Shown one piece after another: positions 9,486 through 17,233 of a stretch of 54,490 bases of DNA; position 1 is the first letter of the stretch; every line of letters begins with the position of its first letter. The position numbers and the translations under genes are program-made. The notes beneath the pieces are model-generated. The model saw only the letters and a program-made list of their open reading frames with translations, was not told the DNA's origin and did not search any database. Source of the DNA: Nitrospirota bacterium (GTDB taxonomy: Bacteria; Nitrospinota; Nitrospinia; SZUA-224); NCBI GenBank assembly GCA_003229375.1, contig QIDP01000088.1, positions 1-54,490 of the forward strand, in the 5' to 3' direction.

Positions 9486-11552
9486 CTATTCCTCACTCAT
9501 TACTATCGTTGGTGTTATAAAGACCAGGAGTTCTGAATCCTCATCCTTCCCTATCTTTTCCCTCTTGAATAACCAGCCCAGTACAGGGATATTGTTCAAC
9601 CACGGGATACCGGACATCTCTCCGGATGTTTTGCTCGTATAAAGACCTCCAATGACTGTGGTATCACCGTCCTTTATCAGAAGCTCTGTGGTTGCCTTTT
9701 TCTGCATTATAGTCGGCATACCCGCTGACTGGTTGGCAAAATCTGCCTCGTCCTTGGTGACCTCTACACTCATAGCTACATAGCTATCAGGGGTAATATG
9801 GGGTGTAACAGTCAAGCTTATACTTGCATCCACAAATTGTGTCCGCGTCCCGCTCGCTGAAACACTCTGGTAAGGAATCCTGCGTCCGCTTTCAATTACT
9901 GCTTCTTTATTATTCAATGTAGTAATCTTTGGATTCGACAATATCCTTCCTTTACCAGAGCTTTCCATGGCAGAAAGCTGGATATCCAGTATCTTTGTAT
10001 TGGCTATATTACCCAGAGTTATCCCTATGCCACCTCCTGCTGTACGGGCAATTGCTGCAGGCAGATCTACTACATAGTTCCCTGTGGTAACTTCCTGAAT
10101 ACCGCCATAAACCTGTGAAGGGGCAGTAAGAGCTCCTTTCACACTGGTGCTGGCAGGAAAGCTTTGGCTGCTGGAGTCAGTAGTGTATGTGCCGCCCCAC
10201 TGGATACCCAGTTCCCTGGTATAGTTACGGTTTATCTCCACAATCCTTGCCTCGATCATAACCTGGGGTGTCCTCCTGTCCAGTGTCTTGATAAGGGTCT
10301 TCATTTCCTCCAGCTTGGGCCTGATATCCTTAAGTATCAAGGTGTTTGTACGGACATCTACTGTTACCGATCCCCTCTCACTCTTAAGGGACTCCAGGTT
10401 ATCCTTCATTTCTGATATATCTGCATAACTTATACGGATTATTTCTGTGAGGAGGGGATCTGCCATCTCCTTTACCTTTTTTGCATCTATCTCTGCCTGT
10501 TTACTCTGTGCCTTATCCTGCTGTTCCTTGAGCAGTTCATTAAGGGGGAGTATTCTGATAATATTTCCCTCCTTCTCCATCCCCAATTTGCCGTTCTTCA
10601 ATATAATATCCAGCGCCTGATCCCATGGCACATTTTTTAAACGTAACGTCACCTTCCCCTTTACAGAGCCGGAGGTTATGATGTTATATCCACTTACCTC
10701 TGTAATAAGGCGAAGGATATTCTGAATATTGGCATTCTGAAAATCAAGGGAGATACGTTTGCCCGTATATTGCTTTTTCTCTTTCCCGGCTTTGGATTTC
10801 GCAGCAGTTACTTCCACAACCTCAGGGACCAGATAATCTTTTTTACCGGACTTTGCTTCTGCCTTTATCTCTATCTCTTCTTTTGTCTCTGACAGGACTT
10901 CGGCAGGAGCTTCTACTTCCACTTCTTCCACTTCTTCTATTGCTTCCACTTCTTCTACCTCTATCTCTTCATTTGTTTCTGACATGACCCCGACAGGGGG
11001 TTCTACTTCCTCCACCTCTACTACTTCTTCTACCTCAACGGCATAGGATGGAAGGATATCAGCAGGTTCTTCTAATAGTGGCTCCTCAATCATGGAGGGA
11101 GGATTTTTAATATCAATAAAGATGATATTGTTTTGGGGTCTCAGTATTTCATAGGGGACAATTTGATTCAGCCCTATCTCTATCCTGGCTATATTGCTCT
11201 CAAATTGAACGGGTTTAATCACATTTACTGCCCCTTTGTTTAGCTCGATAGGATCCTGGAATGTCCCTGTCTCTATACCGGGGATATCAAGTATCAATCT
11301 CAGGGGATTATCCATTTTAAAGGCTGTATACTGAATCACACCATCAAGCTCATCAGTCGCTTCAATAGAGATCCCGACACCATCAGGGAGCGTCTCTGAG
11401 TCGATTCTCATTATAGCCGGTATCTTCTGCATCTCTGTTTCAGGTATTTTGGAGACCTTCCTAACTGCACAACCATATAAAGCCATGCTCGCAATCGATA
11501 TAAAGATCAGCGGTATTATCAATATTTGCAATCTTCTCTTTTGTCTTTTCAC
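9486..11552 (-). CDS. pilQ: type IV pilus secretin PilQ (lipoprotein, AMIN-like N-domain)
   Basis: Lipobox LYGC; AMIN-like segment ...NPLRLILDIPG...; Glu/Val-rich linker; secretin C-domain ...GIPWLNNIPVLGWLFK... Confidence 0.9.
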   Translation of the reverse strand: MKRQKRRLQILIIPLIFISIASMALYGCAVRKVSKIPETEMQKIPAIMRIDSETLPDGVGISIEATDELDGVIQYTAFKMDNPLRLILDIPGIETGTFQDPIELNKGAVNVIKPVQFESNIARIEIGLNQIVPYEILRPQNNIIFIDIKNPPSMIEEPLLEEPADILPSYAVEVEEVVEVEEVEPPVGVMSETNEEIEVEEVEAIEEVEEVEVEAPAEVLSETKEEIEIKAEAKSGKKDYLVPEVVEVTAAKSKAGKEKKQYTGKRISLDFQNANIQNILRLITEVSGYNIITSGSVKGKVTLRLKNVPWDQALDIILKNGKLGMEKEGNIIRILPLNELLKEQQDKAQSKQAEIDAKKVKEMADPLLTEIIRISYADISEMKDNLESLKSERGSVTVDVRTNTLILKDIRPKLEEMKTLIKTLDRRTPQVMIEARIVEINRNYTRELGIQWGGTYTTDSSSQSFPASTSVKGALTAPSQVYGGIQEVTTGNYVVDLPAAIARTAGGGIGITLGNIANTKILDIQLSAMESSGKGRILSNPKITTLNNKEAVIESGRRIPYQSVSASGTRTQFVDASISLTVTPHITPDSYVAMSVEVTKDEADFANQSAGMPTIMQKKATTELLIKDGDTTVIGGLYTSKTSGEMSGIPWLNNIPVLGWLFKREKIGKDEDSELLVFITPTIVMSEE

Positions 11553-11556
11553 TCCC

Positions 11557-12261
11557 CTATCCCTCCTCTTTTTGCAGTTTCAAATATACTGTTTCGGTAA
11601 TCACCTTTCCCAGATAATCAACATATTTTTCCTCAACAACAAGGGCAGCACTGATTATATCTCTGACTATCCCGTTATTTCCCCCTAATACCATACCCCT
11701 CTTTATAGTATATCCCCTGCCATCTGCTGTTTCTATAAGTGCATTACTCCCTAACCCGCCCAAAATTATTCCCACCACTTTTAAAGAAAGAAGGTTGACC
11801 CTTGCAAGCGGATGTCTGTGGATCACACCTTTATACTTATTATTCGCACGTACCCTCAAGCTCTTATATTGCTCAATCTCATTCCTTCGCTCCTCGGCAG
11901 TGAGCTCTTTGAATGACTCCAGATCCTTAAAGAAATCTTCATACCTGGTTATTTCTCTGTACATTTCATGATCATTCTTTTTGATATACTCATATGTAGC
12001 TATATCAATCTTGAGATCCTGGAGCTCCTTCTCACTCAATTTGCGAAACCCCTCTGTGGAGAAGCCTATATCGAATAGCAGCGATTTAAATGGATCTCTT
12101 TTTCCTGCAGGATCATATGAATAGACAGGTTCTTCTTTTGCCTCTTCTTCTGCAGCAGAGATGGAGACAGCTCTTAAATTGATAACACCGGAAAGTATTA
12201 CTATAATAGCGATAATAAAAGCAAACCTGATTCCTTTGTTTATTATATCCTGCATCTTCAT
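11557..12261 (-). CDS. pilP: PilP-like pilus assembly protein
   Basis: N-terminal membrane anchor; C-terminal beta-domain LKVVGIILGG..ALIETADGRGYTIKRGMVLGGNNGIVRDI; sits between pilO and pilQ. Confidence 0.65.
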   Translation of the reverse strand: MKMQDIINKGIRFAFIIAIIVILSGVINLRAVSISAAEEEAKEEPVYSYDPAGKRDPFKSLLFDIGFSTEGFRKLSEKELQDLKIDIATYEYIKKNDHEMYREITRYEDFFKDLESFKELTAEERRNEIEQYKSLRVRANNKYKGVIHRHPLARVNLLSLKVVGIILGGLGSNALIETADGRGYTIKRGMVLGGNNGIVRDIISAALVVEEKYVDYLGKVITETVYLKLQKEEG

Positions 12262-12878
12262 TTCTTCTTTTTCTTCTTTTTGGCTGCTGCTGCACCCTCA
12301 ATATACTTAAAAGTAGTGGCTTTACATTTGGTCTCCAGGACAGGTATTTTGTCCTGTGTTTTTACCTTCATCTTTATATCGGTTATATTCACAACCCGTG
12401 TAAGCCTCCTCACCCTGTCAAAGAATGTAGCTATATCATGAAATCTCCCTATAATGTTCATCTCAACAGGGACCTTAGAATAAAAATCTACACGCTTTTC
12501 CGGAAGTGGTTTAAAGAGCATGAATTCCAGGCCTTCCTGCGAGCCTAAATCAGATATCTGCGTCAGCAGTTCCGGTATCTCTTTGCCGTCCGGCAGTTGG
12601 ATGCGGGCAAAGGATAATTCATGGTTCAGTCTCTCTATCTCTTTCTCTAAGGCGGGCTGCTTTTCGATATACCTTTCATGTTTATTGTATTCATCCTCCA
12701 GACCTTTAAGCTTCGTACCCAGGGTCTTTATATCCCTGTCATTTCCCCTGTAAGAAAAGGAATAATATAGCAAAAATATCAGGAGTATTGCCACTCCTGC
12801 TGCCAGCCACCTCTGCCAGACAGGAAACTCCTCTATCCTGTCATATGGTATATTATCAAGAAGATTCCCTATCTCCAT
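12258..12878 (-). CDS. pilO: PilO
   Basis: Single TM, coiled coil, then ...IPELLTQISDLGSQEGLEFMLFKP...VPVEMNIIGRFHDIATFFDRV; 4-nt overlap with pilP. Confidence 0.8.
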   Translation of the reverse strand: MEIGNLLDNIPYDRIEEFPVWQRWLAAGVAILLIFLLYYSFSYRGNDRDIKTLGTKLKGLEDEYNKHERYIEKQPALEKEIERLNHELSFARIQLPDGKEIPELLTQISDLGSQEGLEFMLFKPLPEKRVDFYSKVPVEMNIIGRFHDIATFFDRVRRLTRVVNITDIKMKVKTQDKIPVLETKCKATTFKYIEGAAAAKKKKKKK

Positions 12879-13424
12879 TTATTTCTTCCCCTTTTTCCCG
12901 CAATTGATTACAAACTTCCTTGCCTTTTCACCCTGAACAGATGCCTGTTTGGATTCCTGTAATTCTACATTAGCCAGGTATTTCAATCGCTCAAGATTTT
13001 TCATAAATCTTGCAATGCCCGGATCCGAGAACGAAAATCCTTTGATCTTTATCATGGATGCATCTTCCGAGAAAAATGTAAGCCATATCTCATCAGGAAG
13101 ACTCATATTTATATCATCCATAACACTCGCAGGATTTACCTGATTCTTCTTCAGCCCGGAAATAACCTTAATTATATGCTCTAATCTTTCCTTCTTCTCC
13201 TCAAACTCCTTTACTGTATCTACAGTCTTTTTTATATCATTCAGTTTTTTCTCTGCTTTTTGAATCTCACTATTCATATGCTTTTTTTCATTCTTTTGTA
13301 GATACAAGGAGACCCCTATTACCCCGAGTGATAAGAGCAGCAGGATTACTGACCAGAGGATCTGGCTCTGGATACTGGCGATCTTCTTGGCCTTCCTGTA
13401 ATCTAACAGATTTATCTTTATCAT
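12879..13424 (-). CDS. pilN: PilN
   Basis: MIKINLLDYRK start, TM segment, coiled coil; 4-nt overlap with pilM. Confidence 0.85.
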   Translation of the reverse strand: MIKINLLDYRKAKKIASIQSQILWSVILLLLSLGVIGVSLYLQKNEKKHMNSEIQKAEKKLNDIKKTVDTVKEFEEKKERLEHIIKVISGLKKNQVNPASVMDDINMSLPDEIWLTFFSEDASMIKIKGFSFSDPGIARFMKNLERLKYLANVELQESKQASVQGEKARKFVINCGKKGKK

Positions 13425-14512
13425 CTATCGTCAAATCTCCTCATAGCCAGTCCAATACTTGTTGCAGCTATGGGCGCCATATCTTTTATGTACCCGGGAT
13501 CAAATATATTATAATTTACCTTAATATGCTTAAAGGGATCAACTATCTCAACCGGTAATCCCAGGCTATTGGCTAAAAACCTGTCAATCCCCTCCATAGC
13601 AGCCCAGCCCCCGCTTAGCACAACCTTATCTATCTCCCTATTGGCAGCAGTACTATAAAATTCAAAGGATTTAGCGATCTCCTGTGAAAGACTCTCTGTG
13701 GCCGAGGTTATAATGGGTATTACCTCCTTATGGGAAACCCCTTCTGTCTCTATTCCCATCTTGAGATTTTCAGCCACCTCGGGCCCTACTGTTAATTCAT
13801 TCTGGATTGCATGGGTACACACATTACCCCCTATACTCAGGTCCCTTGTGAAAGAGGTTAACCTCCCCTCAAGGATATTGATATTTGTCAAAGATGCTCC
13901 AATATCAACCAGGGCTACAACCTCCCCTTCCTGGAATCCATAGTTAAACTCATATTCATTTTCAATAGCAAAGACATCCAGATCTATTACAACAGAATGC
14001 AATCCGGCACCATTGATCAAGCTGATGCGTTCTGCAATTACATCCTTCTTAACTGCCACCAGGATCACATCCATCTGGTCTTCAGGTTCTTCCTCTTCCA
14101 ACCCTCCTTCTTTTGGATCCTCTACCCGGGTCTTCTGGATTATCTGAAAATCGATATTGACATCGTCAATATCAAAGGGGATATACTGCTCTGCCTCCAG
14201 CGATATAGATTCGGCCAGCTCTTCATCTGTCATAACAGGAACATTTATCTTTTTTATAATAACGGATTCACCCGATATAGCAGTAACAACATGTTTTGTC
14301 TTTAGCTTTTCACAGGAAACAAGTTTCCTGATTGCCTCTGTTATGTCCTCCGGTTTCTCTATAACCCCATCGACAATAGCATCAGGAGGAACAGGCATGA
14401 TCCCGAAACTCACCAACTGGAAACCCTTTCTTGTCTTGTTGAGACGGGCTAATTTTACAGAATGGGCGCCTATGTCCAATCCGATAACCTCTGTATTCTT
14501 TGTTACAAACAC
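13421..14512 (-). CDS. pilM: PilM (actin-like ATPase fold)
   Basis: IGLDIGAHSVKLARL..., VVALVDIGASLTNINIL, VVLSGGWAAMEGI. Confidence 0.9.
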   Translation of the reverse strand: MFVTKNTEVIGLDIGAHSVKLARLNKTRKGFQLVSFGIMPVPPDAIVDGVIEKPEDITEAIRKLVSCEKLKTKHVVTAISGESVIIKKINVPVMTDEELAESISLEAEQYIPFDIDDVNIDFQIIQKTRVEDPKEGGLEEEEPEDQMDVILVAVKKDVIAERISLINGAGLHSVVIDLDVFAIENEYEFNYGFQEGEVVALVDIGASLTNINILEGRLTSFTRDLSIGGNVCTHAIQNELTVGPEVAENLKMGIETEGVSHKEVIPIITSATESLSQEIAKSFEFYSTAANREIDKVVLSGGWAAMEGIDRFLANSLGLPVEIVDPFKHIKVNYNIFDPGYIKDMAPIAATSIGLAMRRFDDR

Positions 14513-14515
14513 GGC

Positions 14516-14716
14516 TTAATCCTCACAAAATATCTTTTCCCTTTCATTCAACCTGTAGCCTAATGCCATGATAATCTTTCTCTTTGTATCCAATCTGCAA
14601 ATATTTCCCTTTTCTATCCGAATAATAGTCTGTACAGTAACATTTGCTTTACGTGCCAGTTCGGCCTTGCTCATCATTTTTGACTCTCTTATTTTTCTGA
14701 CATTATTCCTCCCCAT
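14516..14716 (-). CDS. XRE-family helix-turn-helix regulator
   Basis: 66 aa; MSKAELARKANVTVQTIIRIEKG; stop lies 3 nt before the pilM start. Confidence 0.75.
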   Translation of the reverse strand: MGRNNVRKIRESKMMSKAELARKANVTVQTIIRIEKGNICRLDTKRKIIMALGYRLNEREKIFCED

Positions 14717-14793
14717 TTTCTACTACCCCCAAAAACGTCTTTCTCATTTTTCTCATAATTTAATAAGAACTTAGCCCCTTACGCAACCATGAT

Positions 14794-14821
14794 CGTAATG
14801 GGTGATGCGTAATGCGTGATG
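14794..14821. repeat. heptanucleotide microsatellite (CGTRATG-like, 4 units)
   Basis: cgtaatg ggtgatg cgtaatg cgtgatg. Confidence 0.6.
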
Positions 14822-14910
14822 GGATAATAATAAGAATTTAGCTCCCCTTCACTACATAGAATATTTTGAATTTTGGATTTCTGTTATTTGATATTGTACT
14901 CTAACAAGTC

Positions 14911-14939
14911 AATATAATCATATAGTTAAATTTTGTCAA
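14911..14939 (-). promoter_or_regulatory. candidate sigma70 promoter for the XRE-pilMNOPQ-aroB operon
   Basis: Minus strand TTGACA (14939-14934), 17-nt spacer, TATATT (14916-14911); about 190 nt upstream of the XRE start. Confidence 0.35.
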
Positions 14940-15179
14940 TATTTATTTTATATTTAATCAAATTTTAATAAATTATAATATAAAAACAGTTGATACGCTT
15001 CTTTATCAAAGTGAGTGAGAACAGGCGAGACGCCTGTCCTACCGGGAAGAGATTGACAATTCAGCCAATCAATAGTAGGTCGGGCGTCTCGCCCGACTAA
15101 AAAATCGCTCAATTTATGTAAAAGATAGAGAGAAAGGCTTTTCTCCTTGACACCCCTCTTTTATTATGTTTAAATAGAT

Positions 15180-15362
15180 GTAACTATTCAGGTGGATAGT
15201 CTATAGGTATTTAGCTGAATAGTGAGGAAGAAATATGCAAGATCATACAAAGCTCAGAGCGTTTGTACTGGCCGATGAAGTTAAAGATTTTTACCTATCG
15301 CGAAACAAAAAATTTTCTGCGCAGTCCTAACAGACTACAGTCTAAACAACCTGAGTAGTTAC
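15180..15362 (+). mobile_element. IVS-like MITE copy 1, carrying a four-helix-bundle gene remnant
   Basis: Terminal inverted repeats GTAACTATTCAGGTGG ... ACCTGAGTAGTTAC; internal GAGGAAGAAAT-ATG followed by MQDHTKLRAFVLADEV... (31 codons, 15235-15330). Confidence 0.75.
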
Positions 15363-15384
15363 GTTTAAATAAATAATAATATAT

Positions 15385-15419
15385 ATCCTGTTCTTTTTAT
15401 CAGCTAAAAAGAACAGGAT
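15385..15419. terminator. perfect 14-bp hairpin
   Basis: ATCCTGTTCTTTTT atcagct AAAAAGAACAGGAT. Confidence 0.3.
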
Positions 15420-15448
15420 CACTCCATAGGGATGAACAAATAGTTTAT

Positions 15449-15479
15449 GGGTGGCATGGACAAACTTGTTTGTCCATGG
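15449..15479 (+). repeat. REP family 1
   Basis: GGGTGGCATGGACAAACTTGTTTGTCCATGG; followed by AGGATTTTTCAG and the ATG at 15492. Confidence 0.9.
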
Positions 15480-15491
15480 AGGATTTTTCAG

Positions 15492-16307
15492 ATGCAAAAG
15501 ATATTGTTACTGACAAAGAGAGGATGTTTATTTCTTTTAACTGTCATGATGTTGACCATTGTGAGCTGCGGCGGCGGTGCCGGCGGCGATAACAATGATG
15601 ACTCCGGAGAGCCGGATATAACTTTAGAGTCAATAGAAATCACCCCGGCCATTCCATCGATTGCCCTGGGTACGAATCAGCAGTTTACGGCTATTGGCAT
15701 ATATAGCGACAACACTGATCAGAATTTAACAGATTCTGTGACATGGGGTTCATCCAATACTGCGGTTGCTGCTATCAGCACTAAAGGCATTGCTCAAGGC
15801 AGCACCGAGGGTACAACCACAATCACTGCTACTAGCTTAGATGGCACAAGCGAGACAACAGAGTTAATAGTCATTCGGTTAACAGAAATTAACGAACTCC
15901 CGGATATTAACCCACAGCATGACACGTACAGCGACAACTCCGACCAGACCGTATCAGATATCATAACCGGCCTTAGATGGCAAAAAAATGATGATAATAC
16001 ACAAAGGATATGGGCAGATGCAATTACTTACTGTGACACCCTGGAGCTTGGCGGTTATACTGACTATACTGACTGGCGACTGCCGACAAAGAAAGAGCTT
16101 ATAACTATTGTCGATTATGGAACAACGTCTCGACCGGTCATAAACCAAGGCTTTTTTCCTAATACAAAGATACTGGATTACTGGTCGTCAACTACATATG
16201 CAGGCAAGCCAAAAACAGCATGGGGTGTGTATTTCGGCAGCGGCATGGTTGATGGCGACAGCAAATTGAAAGAGAAGTATGTACGGTGCGTTCGGGTGGA
16301 CAGTTAG
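15492..16307 (+). CDS. lipoprotein with Big_2-like Ig domain and DUF1566 (Lcl C-terminal-like) domain
   Basis: Signal peptide plus lipobox LTIVSCGG; ITPAIPSIALGTNQQFTAIG...VTWGSSNTAVAAIS; WRLPTKKELITIVDY...YWSSTT...YVRCVR; start moved out of the REP to 15492. Confidence 0.8.
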   Translation: MQKILLLTKRGCLFLLTVMMLTIVSCGGGAGGDNNDDSGEPDITLESIEITPAIPSIALGTNQQFTAIGIYSDNTDQNLTDSVTWGSSNTAVAAISTKGIAQGSTEGTTTITATSLDGTSETTELIVIRLTEINELPDINPQHDTYSDNSDQTVSDIITGLRWQKNDDNTQRIWADAITYCDTLELGGYTDYTDWRLPTKKELITIVDYGTTSRPVINQGFFPNTKILDYWSSTTYAGKPKTAWGVYFGSGMVDGDSKLKEKYVRCVRVDS

Positions 16308-16322
16308 TTGATTCAAAAAACT

Positions 16323-16389
16323 GGTAGCCGCAGGCTTTAGCCTGCGATATTTGCGTGCTTGCGTGCGCAGGCTAAAGCCTGCGGCTACC
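16323..16389. repeat. nested GC-rich palindrome (family 2)
   Basis: GGTAGCCGCAGGCTTTAGCCTGCG ...19 nt... CGCAGGCTAAAGCCTGCGGCTACC; each half is itself a hairpin. Confidence 0.85.
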
Positions 16390-16426
16390 GACACAAGAGA
16401 TTTTTTGCACAAAAACTAAAAGGAGG

Positions 16427-16906
16427 ATGATGAAGATACGGCTCTTATTTATGGTGGCGATAATGCTCCTGTTTACCGGTACTAATGCCATGGCCGGTGC
16501 CTTTTTTACCGATAATGGCGATGGTACTGTGACGGATAATAGGTTTGAACTTATATGGCAGCAAGGTTATGTTGAAGCCCCGACGTGGACGGATGCTGAT
16601 AGCTATTGTGTAAATCTCAAGGTCAATCTTCCTCCCAATTACAATCCCTGGCGGCTTCCCGATATCAAAGAACTGGCATTCCTAACCGACGACACCACAC
16701 ATTCCCCGGCCATAGACACAACCTATTTCCCTGATACAAAGTCATCATTCTACTGGTCATCTACTCCTGTTGTCCGACGTGGGCCCTCAGCGCGGTGGGG
16801 CGTAAACTTCAGTGATGGTAAAGTTTACGGTTACGATTCCGCTGATGAAAACCTAACAGATAATAAGAGATATGTCCGCTGTGTTAGTGAGCCAAGCCCT
16901 CAGTAA
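16427..16906 (+). CDS. secreted DUF1566 domain protein
   Basis: Signal peptide ...TGTNAMAGA; WRLPDIKELAFL, FYWSST, RYVRCV; AGGAGG Shine-Dalgarno sequence. Confidence 0.8.
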   Translation: MMKIRLLFMVAIMLLFTGTNAMAGAFFTDNGDGTVTDNRFELIWQQGYVEAPTWTDADSYCVNLKVNLPPNYNPWRLPDIKELAFLTDDTTHSPAIDTTYFPDTKSSFYWSSTPVVRRGPSARWGVNFSDGKVYGYDSADENLTDNKRYVRCVSEPSPQ

Positions 16907-16936
16907 GGGTGGCATGGACAAACTTGTTTGTCCGTG
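16907..16936 (+). repeat. REP family 1
   Basis: GGGTGGCATGGACAAACTTGTTTGTCCGTG. Confidence 0.9.
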
Positions 16937-16968
16937 CTCCATGGCTTAACACCCTTACAAAAGAAAAG

Positions 16969-17097
16969 GTAACTACTCAGGTTGTTTAGACTGTAGTCTG
17001 TTAGGACTGCGCAAAGAACGAATCAAGGCTCCCAACACCCATATTTCTTCCTCACTATTCAGCTAAATACCTACAGACTATCCACCTGAGTAGTTAC
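16969..17097 (-). mobile_element. IVS-like MITE copy 2
   Basis: GTAACTACTCAGGT ... ACCTGAGTAGTTAC; flanked by the 8-bp direct repeat AAGAAAAG (16961-16968 and 17098-17105). Confidence 0.85.
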
Positions 17098-17167
17098 AAG
17101 AAAAGGTATAATCATCTATACCCTGCCCTATATCGTTGTTTCCTAACTACTTACAAGCTATCTATTA

Positions 17168-17197
17168 CACGGACAAACAAGTTTGTCCGTGCCACCC
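17168..17197 (-). repeat. REP family 1
   Basis: Plus strand reads CACGGACAAACAAGTTTGTCCGTGCCACCC. Confidence 0.9.
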
Positions 17198-17233
17198 GAG
17201 GGAATTAAATCGAAAACAGACATTCGAAACAAC

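Larger units (their letters stand above)
16907..17197 (-). mobile_element. internally deleted RAYT/REP unit (ghost) interrupted by a MITE
   Basis: Inverted REP pair (16907-16936, 17168-17197) encloses about 55 nt matching the RAYT 3' end (43715-43764) and about 45 nt matching its 5' flank (44281-44320). Confidence 0.7.

Noticed and set aside
12258-12300. The Lys-run at the PilO C-terminus (AAAAKKKKKKK) as a slippage tract
   Set aside because: It is encoded by mixed AAG/AAA codons (ttcttctttttcttcttttt on the plus strand), not a homopolymer, and it overlaps the pilP start region. No evidence for phase variation.
15449-15479. TGGCA(T/C)GG inside every REP resembles a sigma54 -24 element
   Set aside because: Ten nucleotides after the GG the sequence is AC/CT, not GC, so there is no -12 element at the required spacing.
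15235-16906. A diversity-generating retroelement (Avd-like fragments next to DUF1566 target-like genes)
   Set aside because: No reverse transcriptase gene is in the window. No template/variable repeat pair is present: the C-terminal coding regions of the two DUF1566 genes are not similar at the nucleotide level, and no third copy was seen. Kept only as a remnant hypothesis.
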